A DNA stretch of 61,519 bases from Actinomycetota bacterium (GTDB taxonomy: Bacteria; Actinomycetota; UBA4738; HRBIN12). The notes under the pieces were generated by a model that was given only the letters and a program-made list of their open reading frames with translations, was not told the origin of the DNA and did no database searches. The translations under genes and the position numbers were made by a program. The stretch covers positions 1-61,519 of the forward strand of contig DATBIS010000132.1 of NCBI GenBank assembly GCA_036556805.1. Direction: 5' to 3'. Positions 47,970 to 57,701 of the stretch are shown here, piece by piece; the first letter of the stretch is position 1; each line of letters opens with the position of its first letter.

Positions 47970-48014
47970 GAATCCTCCCCGGTTTCCGGCGGTTTGTTGG
48001 GTGGCTGGTAGAAC

Positions 48015-48044
48015 AGGATAACACGCACGCCGCTCCCGGCGCAA
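48015..48044 (-). promoter_or_regulatory. Putative carD promoter
   Basis: On the minus strand, TTGCGC is followed by 18 nt and then TATCCT. It lies about 40 nt upstream of the carD GTG in a locally AT-richer stretch. Confidence 0.4.
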
Positions 48045-48077
48045 GAAAAAGCGCAGGTCAGAGGCCCCATCCGCAGG

Positions 48078-49418
48078 TCAGCCCGCCTTTCGGGAGGCCC
48101 ATCGCACGGCCTCCTCGAGCCGGGAGACGGGCACGATCCGTGGTCCTGCCGGGTCCGGGCCGGCGGCGCCGAGGGGCGCGAACACGGTCGTGCAGCCGGC
48201 CGCCCGGGCGGCCGAGAGGCGCTGCTCCATCGCGGGCACGGCGCGGATCTGCCCCGTGAGGGCGACCTCCCCGACGAACGCGGCCCCCGCGGGCGGTGGA
48301 ACGTCGGACGCGGCCGAGGCGAGCGCGGCAGCGACCGCGAGATCGCACGCGGGATCGTCGACCCGGACTCCTCCCGAGGTCGCCCCGTAGAGCTCCGACC
48401 GGCCCAGCGAGAGCCTCGCCACGCGATCGAGCACGGCGGCGACGAGCGCGAAGCGCCGCGGATCGAGGCCGGTCGCCTGGCGCCTGGCCGGTCCGTCGGT
48501 GGCCGCCACGAGGGCCTGGACCTCGACGGCGAGCGCGCGACGCCCGGATTGCGGCAGCGCGGTGGCCGCGCCGGCCTGCCGTTCGCCCGAAACCAGCAGC
48601 GCGGTGGGGTCGATCTCACGAAGGCCGCGAGCGCCCATCTCGAACCAGGCGCTCTCGCCCTCCGCCCCGAACCGGTTCTTGCCGGCCGAGAGGATCCGAA
48701 GCCCCGAACGGGCGTCGCCGTCGAACGCCAGCACGACGTCGACGGCGTGCTCGAGCGTCTTGGGGCCGGCGAGTTCGCCGTCCTTCGTCACGTGGCCGGT
48801 GAGGAGCACGGCGATCCCCTGGGCCTTCGCGAGCCCCACGAGCGCGTCGGCGCAGACGCGCACCTGCTGCGGCCCGCCGGGCATCCCGGTCGCGCCCTCG
48901 GTGCGGAGCGTCTGGATCGAGTCGACCGCGAGGAGCGCCGGCCGGTCGGCGCGCGCGAGATCCAGCACCGACTCGAGCTCACGACCCGGGGCGAACCGAA
49001 GCTCGTCGGCCGGCAGCTCGAGGCGTCGCGCCCTCGCCGCCACCTGCGCGTGGGACTCCTCGCCCGACACGAGCAGGCACGGGGACCCCGAGGCGGAGAG
49101 GCGCGACACCAGGTGCAGGACGAGCGTCGACTTGCCGATGCCAGGTTCCCCGGCGAGGAGGACGACCGATTCCCGCACGAGGCCGCCGCCGAGGACGCGA
49201 TCTACGCCGGGGAATCCCGTGGCCATTCGGTCATCCCGTTCGGCGGCTCCCCCGAGCGACGTGGCCTCGATCACACCGACGCCAGATCGGCCCGAGGCGA
49301 CTGCGGGGCGCCGCTCCTCGATCGTGCCCCATGCGCCGCAACCCGGACATCGCCCCGCCCACTGACCGAGCTGTTGGCCGCATTCCCGGCAGACGTGCAC
49401 GGTCCGGAGCTTCCCCAT
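48078..49418 (-). CDS. radA: DNA repair protein RadA/Sms
   Basis: N-terminal Zn finger CRECGQQLGQWAGRCPGCGAWG, Walker A GEPGIGKST, the KNRFG motif and a Lon-like C-terminal domain. Confidence 0.92.
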   Translation of the reverse strand: MGKLRTVHVCRECGQQLGQWAGRCPGCGAWGTIEERRPAVASGRSGVGVIEATSLGGAAERDDRMATGFPGVDRVLGGGLVRESVVLLAGEPGIGKSTLVLHLVSRLSASGSPCLLVSGEESHAQVAARARRLELPADELRFAPGRELESVLDLARADRPALLAVDSIQTLRTEGATGMPGGPQQVRVCADALVGLAKAQGIAVLLTGHVTKDGELAGPKTLEHAVDVVLAFDGDARSGLRILSAGKNRFGAEGESAWFEMGARGLREIDPTALLVSGERQAGAATALPQSGRRALAVEVQALVAATDGPARRQATGLDPRRFALVAAVLDRVARLSLGRSELYGATSGGVRVDDPACDLAVAAALASAASDVPPPAGAAFVGEVALTGQIRAVPAMEQRLSAARAAGCTTVFAPLGAAGPDPAGPRIVPVSRLEEAVRWASRKAG

Positions 49419-49424
49419 CGCTCG

Positions 49425-49500
49425 ACCCTATCCGGCGGCGCCGACACCCTTGCCGAGGTCCGGCCCGAGGGGGTCCGGTGTCGGCGCCGCCGGATACCAT
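49425..49500. promoter_or_regulatory. Perfect 20-bp inverted repeat forming two divergent RecA-NDp-like promoters (radA leaderless; plus-strand hypothetical/RIO genes)
   Basis: tatccggcggcgccgacacc (49429-49448) and ggtgtcggcgccgccggata (49477-49496) are exact reverse complements. The plus strand reads gTGTCGGcG-N8-TACCAT. The minus strand reads gTGTCGGcG-N8-TAGGGT, followed 6 nt later by the radA ATG. Confidence 0.5.
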
Positions 49501-49619
49501 CGCCGGGCTACGCCGAAGGGCCCGAACCGGGCTCGCGCCCCGAATTTGACCCCCCGCCGCCCTTGGCTTGGACGGTGCCCTGCCGATACAAGAATCCGAT
49601 CGGGAAGGAGGCAGCCGTC

Positions 49620-49982
49620 GTGCGGGTCGTCAGGGTGCAACAGGGCGGGCTCGGCGTCCCGGAGGAGGCGTACCTCGAGTCGTTTCCGGAACCGGATGCC
49701 ACCCCGGAACCGGAGGCCGAGTACCCGCTCGTCCTCGTCACCTGGCACGACGCCTGGTTCGACTTCGATCAGACGGGCCCCGAGGACTGCCGGCCCGACT
49801 ACCTCGTGCGGACGGTGGGTTTCCTCGTGAGCGACGGCACGCGCTTCGTCTCCGTCGCGCAGGAGGTGCTCCCCGATGGCGACGGCTTTCGCGCGGTCAC
49901 CCACATCCCACGCTCGATCATCGAGAGCATCACGATGCTTCTCGAGGACCCCGACGTCGCGCCTCCCCACGACGCCGGTTAG
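49620..49982 (+). CDS. Hypothetical protein (120 aa)
   Basis: GTG preceded by GGAAGGAGG. High GC3. ...YPLVLVTWHDAWFDFDQTGPEDCRPDYLVRTVGFLVSDGTRFVSVAQEVLPDGDGFRAVTHIPRSIIESI. No domain recognised. Confidence 0.55.
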   Translation: MRVVRVQQGGLGVPEEAYLESFPEPDATPEPEAEYPLVLVTWHDAWFDFDQTGPEDCRPDYLVRTVGFLVSDGTRFVSVAQEVLPDGDGFRAVTHIPRSIIESITMLLEDPDVAPPHDAG

Positions 49983-50163
49983 CCCCTATACTGCGGCGAC
50001 GACGTTCGAACCACCCCGAAAGGAGGGATGCGCGATGACAGCGACCCACACCGCCGGCCTCGGCTTGCCGCGTCCCTCCGACGCTCGCTGATCGATCCTC
50101 GATCTCGCTCCCGGAAGGACGCGGCCTCGTACGTCCACGTCTCGATTCCGGGAGGAACCGTCC

Positions 50164-50910
50164 ATGATCGATGCAGCGCTCGAGCCCTTCCTCGACGAGG
50201 GGCTCATCACGAAGGTCGTGAGACCCATCAAGAGCGGCAAGGAAGCCTCGGTGCACCTGTGTCGCGCGAACCCGAACACCACGGGGGAGACCTTGGCCGC
50301 GCTCAAGGTCTATCACCCCTTGGATCGGCGCAACTTCCACGACGAGTCCGTCTACCGCGACGGCGAGTGGATCAAGGAGCGCCGGATCCGCGTCGCGCTC
50401 GAGAAGAAGACCCGGTTCGGCCGCGAGCTGCAGGGCGGCATCTGGGTGAACCGCGAGTGGGAGATCCTTCACGTGCTCGCCGACGCCGGCGCCGACGTCC
50501 CTCGTCCGATCTACCGCACCGACGAGGCGATCCTCATGTCGTACCTCGGCGACGAGGACGTCGCGGCGCCGCAGCTCCGCTCCTACCGCCCCGAGCCCGA
50601 CGAGGCGGATTCCCTGTTCCGGCAGCTCCTCCGCACCATCGAGGTCATGCTGCACGTGAACGTGATCCACGCCGACCTCTCGCCGTACAACGTGCTCGTC
50701 TGGGGCGGAAGGCCGATCGTGATCGACGTGCCGCAGGCCGTGGATCCGCGGAAGAACCGGCACGCCGAGGAGCTCCTCCGGCGCGACGTGAACCACGTCG
50801 TGACCTACTTCGAGCGCTTCGGCGTACGCGCGAATGCGGACGAACTCGCGAGTGGCCTCTTCACGGCGTGGACGTTCGCCGACCTGATCCCCGGCGATCT
50901 GTCGGGCTGA
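50164..50910 (+). CDS. RIO-type atypical serine protein kinase
   Basis: IKSGKEASVH (ATP-binding Lys context), catalytic loop VIHADLSPYNVLV, metal-binding IVIDVPQAV. GGGAGGA SD. Confidence 0.8.
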   Translation: MIDAALEPFLDEGLITKVVRPIKSGKEASVHLCRANPNTTGETLAALKVYHPLDRRNFHDESVYRDGEWIKERRIRVALEKKTRFGRELQGGIWVNREWEILHVLADAGADVPRPIYRTDEAILMSYLGDEDVAAPQLRSYRPEPDEADSLFRQLLRTIEVMLHVNVIHADLSPYNVLVWGGRPIVIDVPQAVDPRKNRHAEELLRRDVNHVVTYFERFGVRANADELASGLFTAWTFADLIPGDLSG

Positions 50911-50913
50911 GCC

Positions 50914-53409
50914 CTACGACTCGGGCGAACCGGCGAGCTCGACCGGCGGGATGTCCGGCGGCACCACGCTGTCGACGTGGAGAAACACGATCTCGCCGTC
51001 GACGACGTCGACGAGCACGGTCTCTCCGGCCCGGAACTCCTTGTACAGCAGCTTCTCGGCGAGCGGGTCCTCGACGAGCCGCTGCAGCGTCCGGCGGAGC
51101 GGCCGCGCGCCCAGCGATTGGTCGTACCCCTTCTCCGCGAGCAGCGTCTTCGCGGCGTCGGTGAGCTCGATCTCGACGTCCTTCGCCTTCAGCTGGTCGG
51201 TCACGCGCCGCATCAGGAGGTCCACGATCTCCTTCACGTCGCTCTGGGTGAGCGACCGGAACACGATCACCTCGTCGATCCGGTTCAGGAACTCGGGCCG
51301 GAGCGCGCGCTTCAGCTCCTCGGTCACCTTGTCCTTCATCTTCTCGTAGGTGACTTCCTCGTTTGCGTGCGCCGCGAACCCGATCCCCGGGCCCTTCTGG
51401 ATGTCCCTGGTACCGAGGTTCGACGTCATGATGATGATGGTGTTCTTGAAGTCGACCTTGTGGCCCTGCGAGTCGGTGAGGTGCCCGTCCTCGAGCATCT
51501 GCAGCAGGGTGTTGAAGACGTCGGGGTGGGCCTTCTCGATCTCGTCGAACAGCACCACGCTGAACGGCTTGCGCCGGACGGCCTCGGTGAGCTGGCCGCC
51601 CTCCTCGTAGCCCACGTACCCGGGCGGGGAGCCGATCAGCCGGCTCACGGTGTGCTTCTCCATGTACTCCGACATGTCGAGCTGGATCAGGGAGTCCTCG
51701 TCACCGAACAGGAACTCGGCGAGCGCGCGCGACAGCTCGGTCTTCCCGACCCCCGAGGGGCCGAGGAAGATGAACGACCCCGACGGACGCCGCGGGTCCT
51801 TCAGGCCGGACCGGGTCCGGCGAATCGCGCGAGAGAGCGCCGAGACGGCCTCGTCCTGCGAGACGTAGCGCTTGTGCAGCTCCTCCTCCATGCGCAGGAG
51901 CTTGTCCGTCTCCTCTTCGGTGAGCTTGAAGACGGGGATGCCGGTCCAGATCGAGAGGACCTCCGCGATCTCCTCCTCGTCGACCTCGGACAGGATGTCC
52001 ATCTCGCCGGTCTTCCACTCCTTCTCGCGGCGCGCCCGCTCCTCCTGGAGCTGACGCTCCTCGTCGCGCAGCGACGCCGCGCGCTCGAAGTCCTGACCGT
52101 CGATCGCCGACTCCTTACTGAGGCGGACCTCGGCGATCTTCTCGTCGATCTCGCGGACGTCGGGGGGCGCCGTCATGCGACGGATCCTCATGCGCGACCC
52201 GGCCTCGTCGATGAGGTCGATGGCCTTGTCGGGCAGGTAGCGGTCCGAGATGTACCGGTCGGCGAGGTTCGCCGCGGCCACGAGGGCGTCGTCGGTGAAG
52301 TTCACGCGGTGGTGGGCCTCATAGCGGTCGCGCAGGCCCTTCAGGATCTCGATCGTGTGCGCGACGGTCGGCTCGTTCACCGTGATCGGCTGGAAGCGGC
52401 GCTCGAGCGCCGCGTCCTTCTCGAGGTACTTGCGGTACTCGTCGCGCGTGGTGGCGCCGATCGTCTGCAGCTCGCCGCGCGCGAGCATGGGCTTCAGGAT
52501 CGACGCCGCGTCGATCGCCCCCTCGGCGGCACCGGCTCCGACCAGCGTGTGCAGCTCGTCGATGAACAGGATGATGTCGCCGCGGGTCTTGATCTCCTTC
52601 AGCACCTTCTTCAGGCGCTCCTCGAAGTCGCCGCGGTAGCGCGACCCCGCGACGAGCGCGCCGAGATCGAGCGTGTAGATCTGCTTTCCCTTGAGGGTCT
52701 CGGGGACCTCGCCCTTCACGATGTCCTGCGAGAGGCCCTCGACGATCGCGGTCTTGCCGACGCCCGGCTCGCCGATCAGCACCGGGTTGTTCTTCGTCCG
52801 GCGCGAGAGGACCTGCATGACCCGCTCGATCTCCTTCTCGCGCCCGATGACCGGGTCGAGCTTGCCCTCGCGCGCGAGCTGCGTGTAGTTGCGGCCGAAC
52901 TGGTCGAGCACCATCGAGCCCTGGGGCCCGCTCTCGCCCTGGCCGCCGGCCGTCTGCTCGCCCTTGCCGCCCGTGTAACCGGACAACAGCTGGATGACGG
53001 TCTGGCGCACCCGGTTGAGATCGGCGCCCAGCTTCTGCAGCACCTGGGCCGCAACCCCTTCACCCTCGCGGATCAGCCCGAGCAGGATGTGCTCGGTGCC
53101 GATGTAGTTGTGGCCGAGCTGCAGGGCCTCGCGCAGGGAGAGCTCGAGGACCTTCTTCGCGCGCGGCGTGAACGGGATGTGCCCCGTGGGCGCGGCCTGG
53201 CCCTGCCCGATGATCTCCTCGACCTGCTGGCGGACGGCCTCCAGCGAGATGTTCAGCGACTCCAACGCCTTGGCGGCGACACCTTCGCCCTCGTGGATCA
53301 GGCCAAGGAGGATGTGCTCGGTGCCGATGTAGTTGTGGTTGAGCATCCTCGCCTCTTCTTGGGCGAGGACCACCACGCGCCTGGCGCGGTCGGTGAATCG
53401 CTCGAACAT
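50914..53409 (-). CDS. clpC: ATP-dependent Clp protease ATP-binding subunit ClpC1
   Basis: [37 protein letters not shown], a duplicated Clp_N domain, two Walker A motifs ([16 protein letters not shown]) and a UVR-like linker. ATG 53409 follows GGAGGG. Confidence 0.95.
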   Translation of the reverse strand: MFERFTDRARRVVVLAQEEARMLNHNYIGTEHILLGLIHEGEGVAAKALESLNISLEAVRQQVEEIIGQGQAAPTGHIPFTPRAKKVLELSLREALQLGHNYIGTEHILLGLIREGEGVAAQVLQKLGADLNRVRQTVIQLLSGYTGGKGEQTAGGQGESGPQGSMVLDQFGRNYTQLAREGKLDPVIGREKEIERVMQVLSRRTKNNPVLIGEPGVGKTAIVEGLSQDIVKGEVPETLKGKQIYTLDLGALVAGSRYRGDFEERLKKVLKEIKTRGDIILFIDELHTLVGAGAAEGAIDAASILKPMLARGELQTIGATTRDEYRKYLEKDAALERRFQPITVNEPTVAHTIEILKGLRDRYEAHHRVNFTDDALVAAANLADRYISDRYLPDKAIDLIDEAGSRMRIRRMTAPPDVREIDEKIAEVRLSKESAIDGQDFERAASLRDEERQLQEERARREKEWKTGEMDILSEVDEEEIAEVLSIWTGIPVFKLTEEETDKLLRMEEELHKRYVSQDEAVSALSRAIRRTRSGLKDPRRPSGSFIFLGPSGVGKTELSRALAEFLFGDEDSLIQLDMSEYMEKHTVSRLIGSPPGYVGYEEGGQLTEAVRRKPFSVVLFDEIEKAHPDVFNTLLQMLEDGHLTDSQGHKVDFKNTIIIMTSNLGTRDIQKGPGIGFAAHANEEVTYEKMKDKVTEELKRALRPEFLNRIDEVIVFRSLTQSDVKEIVDLLMRRVTDQLKAKDVEIELTDAAKTLLAEKGYDQSLGARPLRRTLQRLVEDPLAEKLLYKEFRAGETVLVDVVDGEIVFLHVDSVVPPDIPPVELAGSPES

Positions 53410-53840
53410 GTCAGCGCCCTCCGGGCCGAGGCCCACGTACTCCTTGGCCCCGAGGATCGCCGGACCACGTCCTCCCCCCGAGGTGCGCGAGGCAATGGTG
53501 CCGGGAGCCCGCACCAGCGCCCCTCGGTAGGGAGTATATCCGAGCCCTCCGTTTAGCCATGAACGGCCATCCGTCCGTTTCTTCCCATCCGTCGTGCCTC
53601 CACACTGTTCTTCGGACGGGAGGGCCCCGCGGATGAGCGATCGAGGGGACAGACTTGTGTCGTCCCCCATTCGGACGATCGCAATCTCCGCCGATCAGCG
53701 CGTTGGAATGAACGAACCGCCGGGGCACAATGCGGTCTCGTTCGCGCATTCTGATCGCCGGTGCGAAACAGGGCGGGTGGGCTGCGCGAACACGCGGACT
53801 TCCCCCGCGATCGGGATCGATGCTTCCCCGTGAGGAGTGG

Positions 53841-54236
53841 ATGACCGTGCGAGTGTTGGTCGTGGACGACCACCCGACGTTCCGCAAGGCGCTGACGTCG
53901 GCGCTGGACCTCGTGGACGGGTTCGAGGTTGCGGGCGAGGCGGGCGGCGGCGTGGCCGCGTGTCAGGAGGCGGAACAGGTCGACGCCGACATCGTCCTCA
54001 TGGACCTCTCGATGCCCGACCTCTCCGGCATCGACGCGATGCGCGAGATCCATCGCACGAAGCCCAATCTCCCGGTCGTGATCCTCACGGCGCACGCGGA
54101 CCCCGGCGTGGAACGCGAGGCGCGCGAGGCCGGCGCGTCCGGCTTCCTCGCGAAGGGAGTGGGCCTCGACGACCTCGTGATCGTCTTGGAAGAGGTCGCG
54201 GAGGGCGAGACGAAGGGGCCGCGCTCCGTCGTTTGA
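53841..54236 (+). CDS. Stand-alone receiver-domain protein (NarL-type REC without HTH)
   Basis: MTVRVLVVDDHPTFRKAL...ADIVLMDLSMPDLSGIDAMREI...PVVILTAHAD...GASGFLAKG. GAGGAG SD. Confidence 0.8.
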   Translation: MTVRVLVVDDHPTFRKALTSALDLVDGFEVAGEAGGGVAACQEAEQVDADIVLMDLSMPDLSGIDAMREIHRTKPNLPVVILTAHADPGVEREAREAGASGFLAKGVGLDDLVIVLEEVAEGETKGPRSVV

Positions 54237-54270
54237 CCGCACCCGCGGCTCGGCGCTAGCGTCGCGCGCG

Positions 54271-54561
54271 GTGGGTTGCCTCGTCGTCCTCGTCGCGCTC
54301 GCGCTGCCGCGCTTCGTGATGGTGCTGCTGTGGCTCTTCTCGAACTACCTGCGCGATGCCTACGGGACGTGGGTGTGGCCCCTGCTCGGCTTCTTCTTCC
54401 TGCCGACGACGACGCTCGCCTACGCCATCGCGCAGCATTCGTCGCAGGGCGTCCAAGGCTGGGGCCTGGTGCTGGTGGTGCTGGGCGTGCTGATCGACTT
54501 CGGCGTCATCGGCGGCGGACGAGGGATCGCGAAACGACGCGGCAGCATCGACGGCCGCTGA
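54271..54561 (+). CDS. Small membrane protein (3 predicted TM segments)
   Basis: GCLVVLVALALPRFVMVLLWLF / WVWPLLGFFFLPTTTLAYAI / WGLVLVVLGVLIDFGVIGG, followed by a basic tail. Confidence 0.55.
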   Translation: MGCLVVLVALALPRFVMVLLWLFSNYLRDAYGTWVWPLLGFFFLPTTTLAYAIAQHSSQGVQGWGLVLVVLGVLIDFGVIGGGRGIAKRRGSIDGR

Positions 54562-54571
54562 GACGCGCGCG

Positions 54572-56071
54572 TCAGCGCGGCCGGTGGTGCGGGAACATGA
54601 TCAGCTCACGCAGCGAATCGGCGCCCGTCAGGAGCTTCAGCAGACGGTCGATGCCGATGCCGATCCCTCCGGTCGGCGGCATGCCGTGTTCGAGCGCGAG
54701 GAGGAAGTCCTCGTCGAACGGATGCGACTCCTCCTCGCCCGCGTCGCGCTCGGCCGCCTGCAGCTCGAACCTCCGCCGCTGTTCGTCGGGATCGGTGAGC
54801 TCGCTGAATGCCGTCCCGAGCTCGACGCCGCCGATCACGAGGTCGAAGTGCTCGGTGAGCTCCGGGTCGTCGCGGTGCGGGCGCGCGAGCGGAGAGACCT
54901 CGCGCGGGAAGTCGCACACGAACGCGGGCTGCCACAGGGTCTTCTCGACGAGCTTCTCGAACAGCTCCAGGACGATCTTGCCCGGCCCCCATCGCGGGTC
55001 GACGCCCACGCCGTGGCGTTCGGCGAGCTCGGGCAGATCGGTTCGGTGCAGCGTGACCTCCTTGCCGACGGCCTCCGAAACCGTCCCGAGGATGGTGAGG
55101 CGGGGCCACGGGGTGGCGAGGTCGAGCGCGCGGCCGTTTCGTTCGAACGAGAGGGTTCCGAGGACGGCGCGAGCGCTCGCCGTCACCAGGTCCTGCGCGA
55201 TCTCCATCATCGTCTCGTAGTCGCCGTAGGCCTGATACAGCTCGAGCATCGTGAACTCGGGGTTGTGGTCGCGGTCGATCCCCTCGTTGCGGAAGTTGCG
55301 GCCGATCTCGTACACGCGCTCGAGTCCTCCCACGAGCAGCCGCTTCAGGTAGAGCTCGAGCGAGATCCGGAGCTTCAGGTCGACGTCGAGCGTCGCGTGA
55401 TGCGTCGTGAACGGCTTCGCGAGCGCGCCGCCGGCGACCTCCTGCAGGATCGGCGTCTCGACCTCGACGTACCCGCGCGCGTCGAGCTCCGAGCGGATCG
55501 TGCGCAGGACCTTTGCCCGCGCCTCGGCGTAGAAGCGCGGCCGGGGGTCGACGATGAGGTGGAGGTACCGCCTGCGCTGCTGCAGGTCGGGGTCGTTCAG
55601 GCCGTGCCACTTCTCCGGCAGCGGGCGGAGCGCCTTCGTGAGCATCGTGAGGGCGTCGACCTTCAGCGAGAGCTCTCCCCGCTTGGTGCGCAGGACGATG
55701 CCGCTCGCGCCGACGAGGTCGCCGAGGTCCACGTCCTCCAGCAGCGCGTAGCGATCGCCGAGGGTGTCCTTCTCGCAGTAGAGCTGGATGTCGCCGGTCC
55801 GGTCCCGGAGGACGAGGAACGTGAGCTTGCCAAGCCGGCGCGCGAACACCACGCGCCCGGCGAGGGTCGCCCGGCGCGTGGACTCCTCGCCGTCGGCGAG
55901 CGTGCCGTCGGGGAACTCCGCGTGGAGGTCGGCGGCGTGCGCGTCGGGCGTGAAGGTGAGCGCGAAGGGTTCGACCCCGGACTCGCGCAGGTGCTCGAGC
56001 GATGCGCGCCGCGCGCGCAGGACCTCGGCCTCGCGCGGGAGCCCCTCGTGGCTCTCGAACTCCTCACTCAT
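54572..56071 (-). CDS. lysS: Lysine--tRNA ligase (class II)
   Basis: OB-fold N-domain. Class II motifs YLRISLELYLKRLLVGG, VYEIGRNFRNEG and GGIGIGIDRL. Confidence 0.93.
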   Translation of the reverse strand: MSEEFESHEGLPREAEVLRARRASLEHLRESGVEPFALTFTPDAHAADLHAEFPDGTLADGEESTRRATLAGRVVFARRLGKLTFLVLRDRTGDIQLYCEKDTLGDRYALLEDVDLGDLVGASGIVLRTKRGELSLKVDALTMLTKALRPLPEKWHGLNDPDLQQRRRYLHLIVDPRPRFYAEARAKVLRTIRSELDARGYVEVETPILQEVAGGALAKPFTTHHATLDVDLKLRISLELYLKRLLVGGLERVYEIGRNFRNEGIDRDHNPEFTMLELYQAYGDYETMMEIAQDLVTASARAVLGTLSFERNGRALDLATPWPRLTILGTVSEAVGKEVTLHRTDLPELAERHGVGVDPRWGPGKIVLELFEKLVEKTLWQPAFVCDFPREVSPLARPHRDDPELTEHFDLVIGGVELGTAFSELTDPDEQRRRFELQAAERDAGEEESHPFDEDFLLALEHGMPPTGGIGIGIDRLLKLLTGADSLRELIMFPHHRPR

Positions 56072-56843
56072 CGGCGGTCACGACGTTCTTCTCGAAGACG
56101 AGACGCAACCCCTCGAGCGTGAGCCACGGTTCGTGATGGTCGATCGTTCGACAGTGCGGCAGCACGACCGGTGCGAGCCCGCCGGTCGCGACGACGACCG
56201 CGCCGCCGAGCTCCGCCTTCACGCGGTCGACGATGCCGTCGACCTCGCCGGCCGTGCCGTAGATCAGGCCCGCCTGGATCGCCTCGACGGTGCTCTTGCC
56301 GATCGGCGACCGCGGGGCCGTGAGCTCCACCCTGGTGAGACGCGCGGTCCGCGAGAACAAGCTCGAGGCCGAGATCTGGAGGCCGGGGGCGATCACGCCG
56401 CCCAGGAACTCGCCCTTGTCGGAGACCACGTCGAAGTTGGTGCCGGTCCCGAAGTCGACGACGATCGCGGGCCCGCCGAACTTCGTGAAGGCCGCGAGCG
56501 TGTTCACCACGCGGTCCGCGCCGACCTCACGTGGGTTGTCGGTGAGGATCGGCACGCCGGTCTTCGTGCCCGGCCCGACGATCACCGGCGGGAACGGGAA
56601 GTAGCGCTCGGCCATCTCGCGCAGGGACGTCGTGACCGCGGGGACGACCGACGCGATGATCACGCCGGTCACCTGCGATTCGAACGACATGCCCGCGTTG
56701 GAAAGGAAGCCGTGCAACAACAACGCGAATTCGTCCGATGTCCGTTCGGCCATCGTCGAGGCGCGCCACGTGTGTTCGAGCTGCGTGCCGCGGAAGACTC
56801 CCAGCACGATCTCGGTGTTGCCGACGTCGACGGCGAGGAGCAT
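56064..56843 (-). CDS. coaX: Type III pantothenate kinase
   Basis: MLLAVDVGNTEIVLGVF..., DRVVN, VVDFGTGTNFDV. It overlaps lysS by 8 nt. Confidence 0.92.
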   Translation of the reverse strand: MLLAVDVGNTEIVLGVFRGTQLEHTWRASTMAERTSDEFALLLHGFLSNAGMSFESQVTGVIIASVVPAVTTSLREMAERYFPFPPVIVGPGTKTGVPILTDNPREVGADRVVNTLAAFTKFGGPAIVVDFGTGTNFDVVSDKGEFLGGVIAPGLQISASSLFSRTARLTRVELTAPRSPIGKSTVEAIQAGLIYGTAGEVDGIVDRVKAELGGAVVVATGGLAPVVLPHCRTIDHHEPWLTLEGLRLVFEKNVVTADE

Positions 56844-56852
56844 CGGGCAATC

Positions 56853-57701
56853 CTAGCTTCCGGTCGGGAGCGCCAGGTTGTCGATCAGGCGCGCGCTGGG
56901 GAAGCGCGCGGCGACGAGCGCGCGCGCGGGCCCGTCGATGCGTTGCACGGGCTCGAACGTGCGATCGTCGACCACCGTCGCGTAGTCGAGCCGCGCGAGT
57001 GGGGTCGCTCCGATCTCGCGCGCCATCGCGGCCACGATCACCGCGGCGTCCCGTTCCCCCGAACGCGAAAGCTCCGCCGCTTCGCTCAGCGCGAGGAACA
57101 GGCACCCCGCTTGCTCGCGCTCCTCGGCCGACAGGTAGGCGTTGCGCGACGAGAGCGCGAGCCCATCGGCAGCGCGCACCGTCGGGCACGCGACGATCGT
57201 CACCGGCATCGCGAACCGGTCCACCATCCGGCGCACGAGGAACAGCTGTTGCGCATCCTTCTCGCCGAAGTACGCGTGGCACGGGCCGCACACGTCGAAG
57301 AGTCGATGCACGGCCTTGAGGACGCCCGCGAAGTGACCCGGCCTCGCCGCGCCCTCCAGCACCTCGCCGAGCGGGCCCGGGTCGGGCGCCGGCAGGTCGG
57401 CCCCCGGTGGGTACATCTCGTGGACCGGCGGCACCCACGCGGCGTCCACCCCGAGTGACTCCGCGCGCACGAGATCGGCTTCCTCGGGCCTCGGGTACCG
57501 CGCGAGGTCCTCGCTCTCCCCGAACTGCAACGGGTTCAGGAAGATCGAGACACAGGCGTAGGGGTGCTCGTCGCGGGCCCGGCGGATGAGCGAATCGTGG
57601 CCCTCGTGCAACGCACCGAGCGTGGGGACGAAGCCCACGGTCTCGCCGGCGGCGCGGCGCGCGTCGGTCGCTTCGCGGAACCCCGCGGCCGTGCGAATCA
57701 C
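56853..57701 (-). CDS. panC: Pantoate--beta-alanine ligase
   Basis: GFVPTLGALHEGHDSLIRRAR, VSIFLNPLQF, FGEKDAQQL. The GTG overlaps the upstream TGA (GTGA). Confidence 0.92.
   Translation of the reverse strand: MIRTAAGFREATDARRAAGETVGFVPTLGALHEGHDSLIRRARDEHPYACVSIFLNPLQFGESEDLARYPRPEEADLVRAESLGVDAAWVPPVHEMYPPGADLPAPDPGPLGEVLEGAARPGHFAGVLKAVHRLFDVCGPCHAYFGEKDAQQLFLVRRMVDRFAMPVTIVACPTVRAADGLALSSRNAYLSAEEREQAGCLFLALSEAAELSRSGERDAAVIVAAMAREIGATPLARLDYATVVDDRTFEPVQRIDGPARALVAARFPSARLIDNLALPTGS

Noticed and set aside
48052-48080. The direct repeat cgcaggtca occurs twice (48052-48060 and 48072-48080) between radA and carD.
   Set aside because: The second copy includes the radA stop codon. Nine nucleotides occurring twice in GC-rich DNA is weak evidence, and no function can be argued beyond proximity to the putative carD promoter.
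50977-53556. Very long alternative-frame or antisense ORFs. Examples: 50977..53556 (+) opposite clpC, 2558..4378 (-), 5768..7744 (-), 15931..18297 (+), 21115..23133 (+), 32190..34511 (-), 33092..34921 (+), 44665..46278 (+).
   Set aside because: Their products are Arg/Pro/Ala/Gly-rich low-complexity strings with no motifs. Each lies opposite or out of frame with a gene that has clear family signatures. This is the usual stop-codon-poor artefact of roughly 70% GC DNA.
53594-53833. A 79-aa ORF with a GGGAGGG-like SD inside the clpC upstream region.
   Set aside because: It has many A/T-ending codons (GAT, CGA, AGA, CTT, ATT, GCA, GTT, GGA, GAA, AAT, CAT, TCT), unlike every confident gene here. 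It is probably non-coding.
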